Source: Candidatus Bathyarchaeota archaeon
GTDB taxonomy: Archaea > Thermoproteota > Bathyarchaeia > Bathyarchaeales > Bathycorpusculaceae
Direction of reading: 5' to 3'
Assembly (NCBI GenBank): GCA_963828195.1
Contig: CAWHDT010000005.1
Span: forward strand, 32,001-96,000
DNA length: 64,000 bases
The translations under genes and the position numbers were made by a program. Under the pieces are notes generated by a model that worked only from the letters and a program-made list of their open reading frames with translations, made no database searches and was not told where the DNA came from. This document shows positions 41,476-52,545 of the stretch, piece by piece (the stretch's first letter is position 1; every line of letters starts with the position of its first letter).

Positions 41476-43644
41476 TTACACTACAAAAGGCGCGGGCTTC
41501 TGCGGCCTTCGAACCTGATTCATAAAGCTCCTATACCAATTCTCAATTTCTGGCGATATGCTCGGCGGAACCTCCTCCATAGCTTTCTCAAAATCGCTTA
41601 AGGTAACCTCTTTTGCGTTGCTGTCTCTTCTTAAAGCGTTCATGGCGGCCTCCCTGCATACGGATGATATATCGGCGCCGGAGTAACCTTTCGTCATGCG
41701 ATACTCCTTGATGTCCACATCATTTGATAGTGGCATGTTCATTGTATTAATCTTGAAGATTTCAAGTCTGGCCGCTTCGTCGGGTTCTGGAACATAAATT
41801 AGCCGATCGAACCTGCCTGGTCTTAATACGGCTGAGTCGACAATATCGGGCCTATTTGTCGCAGCTATAACTATAATGTTTTCTAAGGGCATTATTCCAT
41901 CCATTTCTGTTAAAAGCTGGCTGATGACGCGTTCAGTTACTCCGCTGTCGCCGTCACCCAGTCCCCTCCTTGGAACAAGAGAGTCAACTTCATCGAAGAA
42001 TATGACCGCTGGCGAAGCCATTCTAGCCTTCCTGAAGATCTCTCGAATAGCCTTTTCAGACTCGCCAACCCACCTAGAGAAAACCTCCGGGCTCTTAATC
42101 GAAATGAAGTTTGCCTCGCTCTCAGTTGCAACAGCCCTAGCCAGCATTGTCTTCCCACACCCAGGCGGGCCTATTAACATTATACCTTTAGGCGGCTGAA
42201 TCCCCATTCTCTTGAAGACTTCAGGATTTTTCAGTGGCCACTCAACAGCCTCCTTTAACTTTTCTTTAACCTCCGCCAAGCCGCCCACTTCATCCCAATG
42301 AACAACTGGAACTTCCACAGCAATCTCTCTCATAGCTGTAGGCGTAATTTCCTTGAATGCGTTCAAGAAATCATCTATCTGAACCTCCATCTTCTCCAGG
42401 ACGTAGGGCGGTATTTGCTCTTCCGTCAGATTTATCTCGGGAAGATACCTAAGTAGAGCTTTCATAGCTGCCTCTCTGCACAGGGCGGCCAAGTCAGCAC
42501 CCGTGTAACCGTGCGCTCGCTCAGCAAGCACCTTTAAGTCAACATCACGGCCTAAGGGCATACCTCTGCTATGAATCAACAATATTTCATGACGCCCCCG
42601 CTTGCCTGGGGTCCCTATCTCTATCTCGCGGTCAAACCTCCCAGGCCTCCTGAGAGCTGGATCCAAGGCATTCGGCCTGTTTGTTGCGCCTATTACTATG
42701 ACATTTCCTCTACCAGCCAATCCGTCCATGAGAGATAGAAGCTGAGCGACAACCCTTTTCTCCACTTCACCTGTAACCTCCTCACGTTTGGGCGCGATGG
42801 AGTCCAACTCGTCTATAAGTATGATGCTCGGGGCGGTTTTATGAGCCTGTTGAAATATTTCTCGAAGCTTCGCCTCCGACTCCCCATAGAACTTACTTAT
42901 TATCTCAGGCCCGTTTATTGAGGAGAAGTTTGCGTTCGACTCATTCGCTACTGCTTTAGCTAGGAGTGTCTTTCCGCAGCCGGGTGGGCCGAGCAGTAGA
43001 ACCCCTTTTGGAGGATCTATTCCAAGCGTCTGGAAAATCTCGGGATGCCGCATTGGAAGTTCAACCATCTCCCTTATGCGTTGAATCTCCTCTTCCAAAC
43101 CTCCTAAGTCCTCATAGGTGATGCGTGGTACACCTTTGGGTTCCGCCGCAGGTTCAGTCAATATCTGCAATGTAGTATCGTGGTTCATCTTTACTATTCC
43201 TTGGGGCTGCATCTTCGCTACAGTGAACTGGACAGAGTGACCAAGCATCATAACGGACGTCGTGTCTCCCTCAACAAATGTCCTATCGATAAGTCTGTTC
43301 TTCACAAAATTTGCAAAGTCTTCGTCAACGTTCAATCGCATTTCTACTGGAGCAAGCACTATGCTCATGGCATCTTTAACTTCAGCCTTGCGAACTACAA
43401 CGTACTCGTTTATTAATACGCCAGCATTTTTACGTAAGAACCCATCGATTCGCATAACGTTTGGATCCTGTTCTTCAGAGTCCGCTGGCCAAGCGATCGC
43501 CGACGTTTTTTTCTTCCCTGAGAACTCTATTACGTCTCCAGATGAAACCCCTAACTTTTGCATTGTACTCTGGTCTATTCTAGCGATTCCTCTAGCCACA
43601 TCTCTCTGTCTGGAATCCAGAACTTTCAGCTGAACTTCGCTCAA
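41476..43644 (-). CDS. cdc48: CDC48/VAT AAA+ ATPase
   Basis: N domain and two AAA modules: GPPGCGKT x2, IDELD/FDEVD, RPGRFDR x2. Confidence 0.95.
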   Translation of the reverse strand: MSEVQLKVLDSRQRDVARGIARIDQSTMQKLGVSSGDVIEFSGKKKTSAIAWPADSEEQDPNVMRIDGFLRKNAGVLINEYVVVRKAEVKDAMSIVLAPVEMRLNVDEDFANFVKNRLIDRTFVEGDTTSVMMLGHSVQFTVAKMQPQGIVKMNHDTTLQILTEPAAEPKGVPRITYEDLGGLEEEIQRIREMVELPMRHPEIFQTLGIDPPKGVLLLGPPGCGKTLLAKAVANESNANFSSINGPEIISKFYGESEAKLREIFQQAHKTAPSIILIDELDSIAPKREEVTGEVEKRVVAQLLSLMDGLAGRGNVIVIGATNRPNALDPALRRPGRFDREIEIGTPGKRGRHEILLIHSRGMPLGRDVDLKVLAERAHGYTGADLAALCREAAMKALLRYLPEINLTEEQIPPYVLEKMEVQIDDFLNAFKEITPTAMREIAVEVPVVHWDEVGGLAEVKEKLKEAVEWPLKNPEVFKRMGIQPPKGIMLIGPPGCGKTMLARAVATESEANFISIKSPEVFSRWVGESEKAIREIFRKARMASPAVIFFDEVDSLVPRRGLGDGDSGVTERVISQLLTEMDGIMPLENIIVIAATNRPDIVDSAVLRPGRFDRLIYVPEPDEAARLEIFKINTMNMPLSNDVDIKEYRMTKGYSGADISSVCREAAMNALRRDSNAKEVTLSDFEKAMEEVPPSISPEIENWYRSFMNQVRRPQKPAPFVV

Positions 43645-44351
43645 TTTTCAACGCTCCATTAAACATATTTTTGATAAAAGCACTAAATCCGTTCTCTCAA
43701 CATCATTAGAACATATTGTGATTTGATAAGGGTGTCAGGACACTTTCTTAGACATAAACGTTGCATTTTTCTGAAAGTGAAGCTATTTTTCAGCGCACAC
43801 GCTGATTAGTTTAATTCAATTTTTCCCTGTTGTTATTTGGCTTCACTCTTCTTAGTGGGTTTTATTTTCGCCCCTCTTTAGGGTGTCCGTGTAGGTTTTC
43901 TTTTTCACGCTCTTTCTAATCGGGCAATTAAGCCGAATAGACGATTTACACCTGCGGCAGTTCTTAACTAAACCTACTCTTAATTGGCACATTTTCATTT
44001 ACCTCTTTTCCTCTGTTTATACTCATTGCTCGTATGTTTATACCCATTGCTTTTTTAGCTTAATTTGTTATTTTTGCAATAGTTAAGCAATTAATTAAAA
44101 TTAACTATTCACTATATTTGCCAAAATCAGATTATCATTTGCCTTGGTGACTTGGTTTAGGCTTTTCTGGTTGCTCTATCTCACTACCCTATGGGTTACA
44201 GCCATCACCTTTATCCTCGGTTTTCCGTATTGAGGTTTCAACTGTTCACTTTTGCCTTTGCTTATAAATTCATTTAAACATGTGTTATTGCGCAAACTAC
44301 TGTCTAAATTAACAGCTAAAACCTTGCCCATTACTTTCTCTTCTATTTCTT

Positions 44352-44522
44352 TTACTTTAGTTCCCTTCTTTGGACTATCATGGCTCCATTTCTTTTCCTA
44401 ACGTAACTTGCCCCACATTTGTTTGAATGGTCCACTTTTTTTGGATCATACGTTTCAAATACGATACCACAGGGGCAGGTTCTAATGAGAACTTCATTAC
44501 TTAATCTCTCAGAGTTTTCCAT
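44352..44522 (-). CDS. 56 aa putative zinc-binding micro-protein (not in the ORF track)
   Basis: MENSERLSNEVLIRTCPCGIVFETYDPKKVDHSNKCG... Confidence 0.45.
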   Translation of the reverse strand: MENSERLSNEVLIRTCPCGIVFETYDPKKVDHSNKCGASYVRKRNGAMIVQRRELK

Positions 44523-44675
44523 ACCACTCTACCCAACAATATTTACATTCAAGAACTTATGAACAGCCTTCTCCACATCATTATACTCAACGATTAAAGA
44601 TAATAATTCCTTCTTTTCCTCTTCAGGATTCCATGGATGCTCTTTTTCGTTAGTTCTTCTCTGGAATAGTAAGTT

Positions 44676-45236
44676 TTATTCGTAGAATATGAGGTTTTGT
44701 TCCTCCAATATTTCATGAAGCTTATGCACTGCGTCATAAACGTCCTGTTCTTTCTTCGCCCCGGTACAAACAAGGCTCCCGCTTGCAAATACCAGTATGA
44801 CCACCTTAGGCTCTTCCATCCTGTAGACCAAGCCTGGAAACTGCTCCGGCTCATACATCGTTTGTCTAAGCATGGAAACTGTCTTCTCCAAATCTACCTG
44901 TCCGCCTAGACTTGCAGAAGCAACGATGTTCACAACCTTCAAGTCCGGCTTGCAAACAATGATTATTCCGCCCATTTTCAGTTCTTTAACAACTTTCATG
45001 ATTGCTCTGCGGGCTTCCTCTCCCGATTTTGCGCCTGTACAAATCATTTTACCAGAACTAAAAATCAGCGTGGCAGTCTTCGGTCTCTTAAGCCTAAACA
45101 CTAATCCGGGAAACCGGTCAGGACGATATTCTGCGGTTGGATAACTCTTCACAACCGCGTTTAAGTCAACTTTCTGATTTAGAGCGGCCGAGGCAACAAT
45201 GTTCTGAATGTTAATTATGGCTTTAGTCTTCGGCAT
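44676..45236 (-). CDS. tbp: TATA-box binding protein (divergent)
   Basis: Two repeats: NIVAS..YRPDRFPGLVFR..LIFSSGK and NIVAS..YEPEQFPGLVYR..LVFASGS. Confidence 0.95.
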   Translation of the reverse strand: MPKTKAIINIQNIVASAALNQKVDLNAVVKSYPTAEYRPDRFPGLVFRLKRPKTATLIFSSGKMICTGAKSGEEARRAIMKVVKELKMGGIIIVCKPDLKVVNIVASASLGGQVDLEKTVSMLRQTMYEPEQFPGLVYRMEEPKVVILVFASGSLVCTGAKKEQDVYDAVHKLHEILEEQNLIFYE

Positions 45237-45594
45237 TAAACATCTCTTCCTATAGTGTAGCGGATGCCTAAATACTATTCACAAAGCCTTAATGTTGCCT
45301 TGATTAGAAGCGACCTGCACGTTCCGTGTTTTTCTCTGATACATAAAATTGGTTTGAAGGAAACTTCTCAGGGGAATAAACAAACTTTAACAGCGATTTC
45401 CATTCTATAATAGTTGGAGCGAAGACGTCAAGTGATGAGACGGTCGCGTCAAAGAATATTTCGTATCTATATCATTCACCGCTATAGCATCATTAGCTTT
45501 TTATAACATATTTTTTGCCTTACTAACTTTTTGACTATTTTAGCATGAACAAATAAAGCATGGAAAAATGCAAACAATCATAGTTTTAGAATAT

Positions 45595-45663
45595 TTACCA
45601 GTCCTCTTCTTCCCAATCTTCTTCAGTTAACTCTTCTTCCCCTTCTTCCTCTTCCTCAAACAT
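45595..45663 (-). CDS. Possible 22 aa acidic/Trp micro-peptide
   Basis: MFEEEEEGEEELTEEDWEEEDW*; GTGAG and TTTATAAG upstream. Confidence 0.4.
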   Translation of the reverse strand: MFEEEEEGEEELTEEDWEEEDW

Positions 45664-46061
45664 GCATTTTTCAACTCACTTTTTAAAAAAATCGTAATAG
45701 TTACTACACTTATAAAGTTCTCTTGAAAAAATTTAAGAGATCTTCACTCTAATCCCCAATTATTGCGAATCCACCTGCCCAGAGTATGATGGCATCTGAC
45801 TACTTCATTTTCTTTCAAGCTCTTGAAGTACATGATTCCTTTCTTACTCAACTTTTTTCCAGTTCCGCAAACAACTCTTCAAGAACAGTTGAAGGAATCG
45901 TTGGAAGACTTAGAAAAACAAGGCAAAAAACCTTAACTCATTTTCTTTGGTAGGAAGACTTAAAGAACCAGTCAACATAACGCTAAAGGAGAGAAAAAAA
46001 TTGGAAAAATACAGTTACGACTTATGCACTCTTGACTTTTTCTTGTTTTAGGTGAAAATAT

Positions 46062-46238
46062 ATGAAAGATTTTAAATGCCCAATATGTGGTGCACCAACG
46101 GAAAAGGTTTGGGAAAATGCAATCAAAACAAGATACGGAATGAGATGCACGAAAGGCCACAAAAAAACAGGTGGCAAATCAGGTGATTCAATAGAGTACC
46201 CTACATTTCTTGTTCCAAGAGAAGAACTTGTCAAGTAA
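46062..46238 (+). CDS. 58 aa zinc-finger micro-protein (not in the ORF track)
   Basis: AGGTGA SD; MKDFKCPICG...RCTKGH... Confidence 0.6.
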   Translation: MKDFKCPICGAPTEKVWENAIKTRYGMRCTKGHKKTGGKSGDSIEYPTFLVPREELVK

Positions 46239-46662
46239 AGAATAGACGCTTTTTTAAGTGAAAAACATGTTACGTTCAGTTTCCTATCCAAAGTTGAAGA
46301 ACAGATGCCTTAACTATATCGAGAAGAATAAGAACTTTAAGAAGGTTAGAACATGACGGACAGCTATAAAAAAGAATTGATGAATTAATAGCAAAATAAA
46401 AAGTTCAGCGTGAAGTAATCAGTGAAACCCCCGAGTGCAAAACCGTCAAAATACATAGTAGCATAGATGGTAAAAGATGCCAAGTTTGCGATAAAAAACT
46501 TAACCCCAATAAAATATTTTGGTACAAACATGACAGAGGAATTACATCAACAAATCCACGCAAAATGGCTATATATACCCGTTTCAGGCGCTAATTTTGA
46601 AGCGGATTTTGTATCTTCAACGAGACGGCAACTAAAGATAATCCCTTTTACATTGGACCTCG

Positions 46663-46971
46663 TTAAGGCTTTAATTCTCTGTCTTCACTGTAGTCTCTGT
46701 CCTCGTGGACTTCCTCTTCAGCTTCGTCTTCGCTTTCTTCTTCAGCCTCACTTGCTTCTTCGCCTTCAGCACTTGCTTTATCTTCAGCTTCACCCTTTGG
46801 TGGATAAGCCTTATCCAACCAAATTTCAAACTGTGCTTTATATTCGGAGTTAGAAAAAGCCCAATCACACAATCCACCAATAACCTTGCCCACGTCAATT
46901 TCATGTTCTTCAGCTAAACGTTTCAAGAACTCTTCCCAATTTGCAGGTAAAGACACTGGAAAACTACTCAT
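46663..46971 (-). CDS. Hypothetical protein with RHH-like N-terminus and long acidic tail
   Basis: FPVSLP..WEEFLKRLAE; EEASEAEEESEDEAEEE; GGAG SD. Confidence 0.6.
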   Translation of the reverse strand: MSSFPVSLPANWEEFLKRLAEEHEIDVGKVIGGLCDWAFSNSEYKAQFEIWLDKAYPPKGEAEDKASAEGEEASEAEEESEDEAEEEVHEDRDYSEDRELKP

Positions 46972-47056
46972 AAAACAATCTCCGCTATCTTGTTAGTGGC
47001 AAGTTATATTTAAGTTTCAAAGGCACTTGAAAAATTGTTTTTTGGAATGGATGTTT

Positions 47057-47245
47057 CTACCTTTGCTCTTTTAACAGTTGCAGTCGTTTGGCGACTTCTT
47101 TGGAGATCTTTTCTAAACCTTGCGCTAATTCTTCGCGATCGACTTCGTCTAAAGGGTACCATTTCCCTTCCTTGTCGATGAAGACAAGTTCCACTTTTCT
47201 TTTTATCATTAATTTCACCTTATTAATCAAATGCTTATTGTTCAC
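47057..47245 (-). CDS. Small hypothetical protein
   Basis: AAGGTGA before the internal ATG (MIKRK). Confidence 0.45.
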   Translation of the reverse strand: MNNKHLINKVKLMIKRKVELVFIDKEGKWYPLDEVDREELAQGLEKISKEVAKRLQLLKEQR

Positions 47246-47401
47246 GAATCGCTTAAACTTTTCTTGCCCAATGGCTTCAATCAGATAATGTACACGAGTT
47301 AACAGAGAATTACCCTCAAAGCCAAATCCCGAGAAGAGTTAACAGAACCAAACAAAGCAATATTCTCAAGTGTAATCTTGAGAAACGCTTATCGATATTA
47401 A

Positions 47402-47990
47402 ATGGCAACTTCGAATAAATGGTGTGTAGCCGTTTTCAAATACAATCCTGACTCGGTAAAAAATGTGCTTGTTGAATTCTACAGGTTTGCTGATGACCTA
47501 AAAGGAGTGCGAAGTCTACATTTCTTGATCAGAGATAGAATTGACGATGAGTTTTTTTTTAGCTTCAGAGTAATGGTTGAACCTAAATTCAAAGAAATAG
47601 TCAAAACCAAATTAGCAAACAAACTGGGTATATTACTATCCGAAGATAAGTATGCCGTTGATCCAGCTGCGAAAAACAGTCTTGAGCAGTATGTTGCTTG
47701 GCTACCTGAAAAGAGAATTGCGAATTTTGGACAAAACAAGTTTGACCAATTCATTGATCTTCTCAAAAACCTGAGCACACTTGTTGTTCAGCTAATTGAG
47801 AATAACTACTTTGCCTCAAATGAGAAGAGTTGAACTAGCACACGTCACATCTTGGATGCCTGGATGAACCGAATATGGTCTGCTTAGTTCCTCAGGAATG
47901 GAAATAGGGTACTGCGACCGCTTGGACGACAAGTATTGTTCATATTTGAGACAGGACTTCCCAAAATCAAGTGACCAAAAGAAACCACAA
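47402..47990 (+). pseudogene. Hypothetical protein disrupted near 47825-47870
   Basis: 143 aa ORF; the shifted frame continues RVELAHVTSWMPG*TEYGLL...YCDRLDDKYCSYLRQDF. Confidence 0.45.
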
Positions 47991-48049
47991 ATCATACCTA
48001 AAGACAAGTTTGCTATTATTATGCGCCAAAACTGTGCAACGCAGATGGC

Positions 48050-48262
48050 TTATTTTAGCAGTTTTATGCTTTCTTCTAGACTCATGGCTAGCTTGATTTC
48101 GCTGGTGTTCCAAGCCATCCATTTTATCATGTCGGGCTCCATGGAGAATTTCTGGAGGCTTTCTGAACTTGGGGCTTTATACACCCAAACAGTCAAATGT
48201 TCAGGAATTACAGTCCAGACTCCGATTCTTTTGATGCCATGTTTCTTTTCCAAGTCACCCAA
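48050..48262 (-). CDS. Small alpha/beta (GYD/DUF3303-like) protein, possibly 5'-truncated
   Basis: KKHGIK.IG.W....EH....VY.APS.E. Confidence 0.5.
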   Translation of the reverse strand: MGDLEKKHGIKRIGVWTVIPEHLTVWVYKAPSSESLQKFSMEPDMIKWMAWNTSEIKLAMSLEESIKLLK

Positions 48263-48543
48263 TTTTTCAGGTAATCCAATGTTATTTTTTTCATTTTCTC
48301 ATTATTTATTGGACAGTTCTCAGGAGAATGCTTAGAAACTATCAAAAAAATAGCCTTAAAACAACGCTCTCAAAAGAGAGAAGACTCAAAACTAAGATAT
48401 AAACCATAAGCAGACTTGACATTCTATTTAAAAATAGTTTTGTTTAGTAGAAATAGACTCAGAATAGTGCGAAATTAGGCTCGGAGCAAAACTAGGAAAG
48501 CCTTAACTGAATCATACCTGTATTGATATATGAGGAATAGTTT

Positions 48544-50193
48544 TTGTCTTCGCAAGCAGGTGGCGTGCCTGTTCTAATTATGAGAGAAGGATCTGGATCC
48601 AGAGGAAAGGATGTCCAGCGTAACAATATTATTGCGGCCAAAACAATAGCGGAAGCCGTAAAAAGTTCGTTAGGCCCCAAAGGAATGGATAAAATGTTGG
48701 TGGATAGTTCTGGCGATGTAATCATTACCAGTGATGGAAGAACTATCCTAGACAAGATGGATATTGACCATCCAGCTGCTAAGATGATGGTTGAAGTAGC
48801 TAAGACCCAAGACGCGGAAGTAGGAGACGGAACCACCACGTCGGTCATAGTTGCCGGCGAACTCTTAGGAAAAGCTGAAGACTTGGTAAACAAGGGCATA
48901 CACCCCATCCTAATTGTCGAAGGATACAGCAAAGCAGCTGATAAAGCTCTTGAAACACTTGAAAAAATTGCGTTTTCCGTTAATCCTACGGAAAAAGAGT
49001 TTTTGATGAAGGTCGCGGCAACCTCTATGGCCAGTAAGCTGGTAGCTACGAACAAAGAACAGCTTGCAGACATAGTCGTCAAAGCTGTTTTGCATGTCGC
49101 CCAAAAAGTAGGAGACGACTACACAGTAGACTTAGACGATATCATGGTGGAGAAAAAGCCAGGCGAATCCGTTGCAGAAACCACACTTATCGAAGGGTTA
49201 GTTCTTGACAGAGAAGTTGTTCACTCAGACATGCCTAAACGGGTGGAAAAAGCAAACATAGCATTATTAGAAAGCGCGCTTGAAATTGAAAAAACCGAGT
49301 TTGACGCTAAAATCAACATTGAACGCCCAGAACAGATCCAATCTTTCCTACAAGAAGAAGAAAATATGCTCAAAGCAATGGTTGAAAAGATAGTTGCCTC
49401 AGGCGCCAACGTTGTTTTGTGCCAGAAAGGCATAGACGACATTGTCAAGCACTTCTTAACTAGGAAAGGAGTCTTAGCCGTACATCGAGTCAAAGAGTCG
49501 GATATGAAGAAACTATCAAAAGCCACCAGCGGAAAAATTGTCAATAACGTAGACAGCCTCTTAACAAGCGACTTAGGCTTTGCAGAAATCGTTGAGGAAA
49601 GGAAGATCGGCAACGACAAGATGACCTTCATCGAAGGATGCAAGAACCCGCACGCAGTAGCTATCCTCATACGAGGTGCAGATAAACGCTTTATTGATGA
49701 AGCTGAACGATCACTTCACGATGCACTATGCGTAGTCCAAGACGTAGTTCAGGAGCCCAAAATCGTTGCGGGAGGGGGTGCCCCAGAAATGGAAATCGCT
49801 AGAGCACTAAGAAGCTATGCTGAAACCCTGCCAGGCAGAGAACAGCTTGCCGTCCGAAGCTTCGGCGAGGCCATGGAAATTGTGCCACTGACGTTGGGTG
49901 AAAATGCCGGTCTCGATCCCATAGATCTGCTATTAGAGCTCAGAACCCGCCATGAGAAAGGCGAAAAATGGGCAGGCGTAGACGTTTTGGAAGGAAAAAT
50001 CAAAGACATGAAAGACCTAGAAGTCTACGAGCCTTTAGCTGTTAAGAAACAGATCATCAAGTCTGCCACCGAAGCTGCCACAATGATACTGAGGATTGAT
50101 GACGTCATCGCCTCTGGAAAGATGAAAGCTCCACGTATGCCTCCTGGCGGAAGGCCAGGCGGCGGCTACGGCGGCATGCCCCCACAATATTAA
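48544..50193 (+). CDS. ths: Thermosome (group II chaperonin) subunit
   Basis: [30 protein letters not shown] tail. Confidence 0.95.
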   Translation: MSSQAGGVPVLIMREGSGSRGKDVQRNNIIAAKTIAEAVKSSLGPKGMDKMLVDSSGDVIITSDGRTILDKMDIDHPAAKMMVEVAKTQDAEVGDGTTTSVIVAGELLGKAEDLVNKGIHPILIVEGYSKAADKALETLEKIAFSVNPTEKEFLMKVAATSMASKLVATNKEQLADIVVKAVLHVAQKVGDDYTVDLDDIMVEKKPGESVAETTLIEGLVLDREVVHSDMPKRVEKANIALLESALEIEKTEFDAKINIERPEQIQSFLQEEENMLKAMVEKIVASGANVVLCQKGIDDIVKHFLTRKGVLAVHRVKESDMKKLSKATSGKIVNNVDSLLTSDLGFAEIVEERKIGNDKMTFIEGCKNPHAVAILIRGADKRFIDEAERSLHDALCVVQDVVQEPKIVAGGGAPEMEIARALRSYAETLPGREQLAVRSFGEAMEIVPLTLGENAGLDPIDLLLELRTRHEKGEKWAGVDVLEGKIKDMKDLEVYEPLAVKKQIIKSATEAATMILRIDDVIASGKMKAPRMPPGGRPGGGYGGMPPQY

Positions 50194-50346
50194 CACCCCT
50201 TAACAACAATTACAAAGATCCTATTTTCAAAAAAACCCTATTAACTGGGTTAATATTCGAGGTAACTTTTTCATCCATAGTCCTTAACAGGGCAGATCTT
50301 TTCAAAAACGTACAACAGTTAATTTTTTAAAAGAAAATGGGGGTGT

Positions 50347-51993
50347 TTATTCTTCACCTTCGGAGCCGCCGGGCATTCCACCGGCTGGTCCGCCTTTTGG
50401 CGCTTTGGATGTTATGACATCGTCAATGCGTAGTATCATGGCTGCTGATTCTGCTGCGGATTTGATTGCTTGTTCTTTAACGGCGATCGGTTCGATTACG
50501 CCGTTGTCGAGGCTGTTCTGCACTTTGCCCGTGAAAACGTTTATGCCCATGTATTTGCCGGTTTCTTTGTCGTGTGCTGATCTCAGCTCCACAAGTAAAT
50601 CTATTGGATCTAGCCCAGCGTTTTCTGCGAGTGTGCGAGGGATTACTTCCATTGCATCTGCGAATGCTTCAACAGCTAATTGTTCTCTTCCACCGACTTT
50701 TGTTGCGTACTTCCGTAGCTCTTTGGCTACTTCGATTTCTACTGCTCCTCCGCCGGCAACGATTTTGCTGTTTTCAAAAACGTCTGAAACAACTGAAAGC
50801 GCGTCGATAAGTGCTCTTTCAGCTTCATCCACCATTCGTTCAAGCCCTGCTCGTATCAATATAGCTACTGAATGAGGATCTTTGCATTTCTCAACGAAGA
50901 TCATTTTGTCGTCGCCGATTTTGCGCTCTTCAACCAAGCCGGCAAAACCCAAGTCTGTCGTCTTCAAATCGTTCAAATTGGAGGTAACTCTTCCGCCTGT
51001 TGCTCTTGCGAGTTTCTCCATGTCTGACTCCTTGACTCGTCTAGCAGCCATTATTCCTTCTTTAGATAGGTAGTGTTGAACCATATCGTCTAATCCTTTC
51101 TGGCAGAACACAACATCTGCGCCTGAAGCTTTGATCTTGGTTACCATGTCTTTGAGCATGCTGTCCTCTTGGTCTAGGAAAGCTTTCATTTGGTTCGGAT
51201 CGCGTATGCGTATTTCGGCGCTCATTTCGGTTTTCTCAATTTCCAATGCAGAATCCAAGAGTGCGATTTTCGCGTTTTCTTTCTTTTTGGGCATCGTCGG
51301 ATGGACGATTTCTTTGTCAATGATTATGCCTCTGACGAGTTGCGTCTCGATGAGGCTTTTTCCCGTCTTCTTTACCAGCTGTATGTTATCTATGTCTGCT
51401 ATCATCTTGTCTCCACGTTTCTCGGCTATCTGCTTTACAGCTTCTATGGCGATTTCCGCAAAGTGTTCTTTAGCACCGCCCACCGCTTTGCTGCCCATGG
51501 ACGTCAAGGCGACTTTCATCATTGTTTTTTGATCTTCTACGTCGATGGGCACAGCGTTTTTCTCTATGATTTCGATTGCTTTTTGAGTTGCCTTGCGGTA
51601 TCCGCTGACAAGTATTATTGGGTGAATATTTTGGTCCAACAGTTCTTCAGCTTTTTTGAGAAGTTCACTGGCCAACACCACGGCGGTTGTGGTTCCGTCG
51701 CCTACCATGTCGTCTTGTGTTTTAGCGATTTCAACCATCATTTTTGCTGCTGGGTGTTCAACGTCTATTTCTTTTAGGATTGCTGCGCCGTCGTTTGTTA
51801 TTGTTATGTCGCCTAGGCTGTCGATGAGCATTTTATCCATGCCCTTTGGGCCTAAGGTGGTTTTGAGTACTTCGCCGATTACTCGTGCAGCCATGATGTT
51901 GTTTCTCTGGGCTTCTTTACCCCTGCTTCGAGAGGTCCCCTCCTTCAAAATGAGTACTGGTTGACCACTTTGGGTTTGAGTTAAATATGCCAA
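50347..51993 (-). CDS. ths: Thermosome (group II chaperonin) subunit
   Basis: [33 protein letters not shown]; AAGGAG SD. Confidence 0.95.
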   Translation of the reverse strand: MAYLTQTQSGQPVLILKEGTSRSRGKEAQRNNIMAARVIGEVLKTTLGPKGMDKMLIDSLGDITITNDGAAILKEIDVEHPAAKMMVEIAKTQDDMVGDGTTTAVVLASELLKKAEELLDQNIHPIILVSGYRKATQKAIEIIEKNAVPIDVEDQKTMMKVALTSMGSKAVGGAKEHFAEIAIEAVKQIAEKRGDKMIADIDNIQLVKKTGKSLIETQLVRGIIIDKEIVHPTMPKKKENAKIALLDSALEIEKTEMSAEIRIRDPNQMKAFLDQEDSMLKDMVTKIKASGADVVFCQKGLDDMVQHYLSKEGIMAARRVKESDMEKLARATGGRVTSNLNDLKTTDLGFAGLVEERKIGDDKMIFVEKCKDPHSVAILIRAGLERMVDEAERALIDALSVVSDVFENSKIVAGGGAVEIEVAKELRKYATKVGGREQLAVEAFADAMEVIPRTLAENAGLDPIDLLVELRSAHDKETGKYMGINVFTGKVQNSLDNGVIEPIAVKEQAIKSAAESAAMILRIDDVITSKAPKGGPAGGMPGGSEGEE

Positions 51994-52326
51994 GTTATTC
52001 TCTCCTTAATTTTATTCATTAATAGTCTTTTTTTAGCATAGTAAGCGTTTTTGTGATTCGCAGGAAACGCCCAAATCTCAGGCGCGCTGAATAAGATGGA
52101 TTTGACCAGTAAGAGACTGGAGACTAAACATTTTCCACTGTTCCAAAACCGCTCACTCTGTAATGTAGATATCGTCAAACAGGGATTTAAACCCGTTTAG
52201 CAATTACAGCGCGATTTCTAACTAACTATTTAGTTTTAAACTGTACACGTTGATTTTTCAAAAATGCGCGTCCATATTGAAGTGCATAGGTTATCTTATT
52301 CAGCAGAAGTTTTCTAAAGTAACCAT

Positions 52327-52515
52327 TTAACTATCGTCGTGCATAAGAAAAAGTGGTTTAAGGGCTTCTTCTTTCATAATTTTTTTGATTGCAGCATCAT
52401 CATCAAAGTTCTCGCCATTTGTGGCACTCACGTGGATCTCTAATTCTTTCAGAATAAGATGAATTTCATTATTAGTACAATCGACGCAAAGCACTTGTGC
52501 CTGTTTCAAGATCAT
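52327..52515 (-). CDS. Small hypothetical protein
   Basis: 62 aa ORF with CVDC. Confidence 0.35.
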   Translation of the reverse strand: MILKQAQVLCVDCTNNEIHLILKELEIHVSATNGENFDDDAAIKKIMKEEALKPLFLMHDDS

Positions 52516-52545
52516 TTACTTCCATAATTACAATAGACACACCGA

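Noticed and set aside
44530-44580. Short minus-strand stretch DVEKAVHKFL resembling the TBP C-terminus
   Set aside because: Too short to distinguish from chance.
48492-51964. Long antisense ORFs over the thermosome genes (also over cdc48, glgP and the transposase)
   Set aside because: Shadow frames of strongly conserved genes with no motifs of their own.
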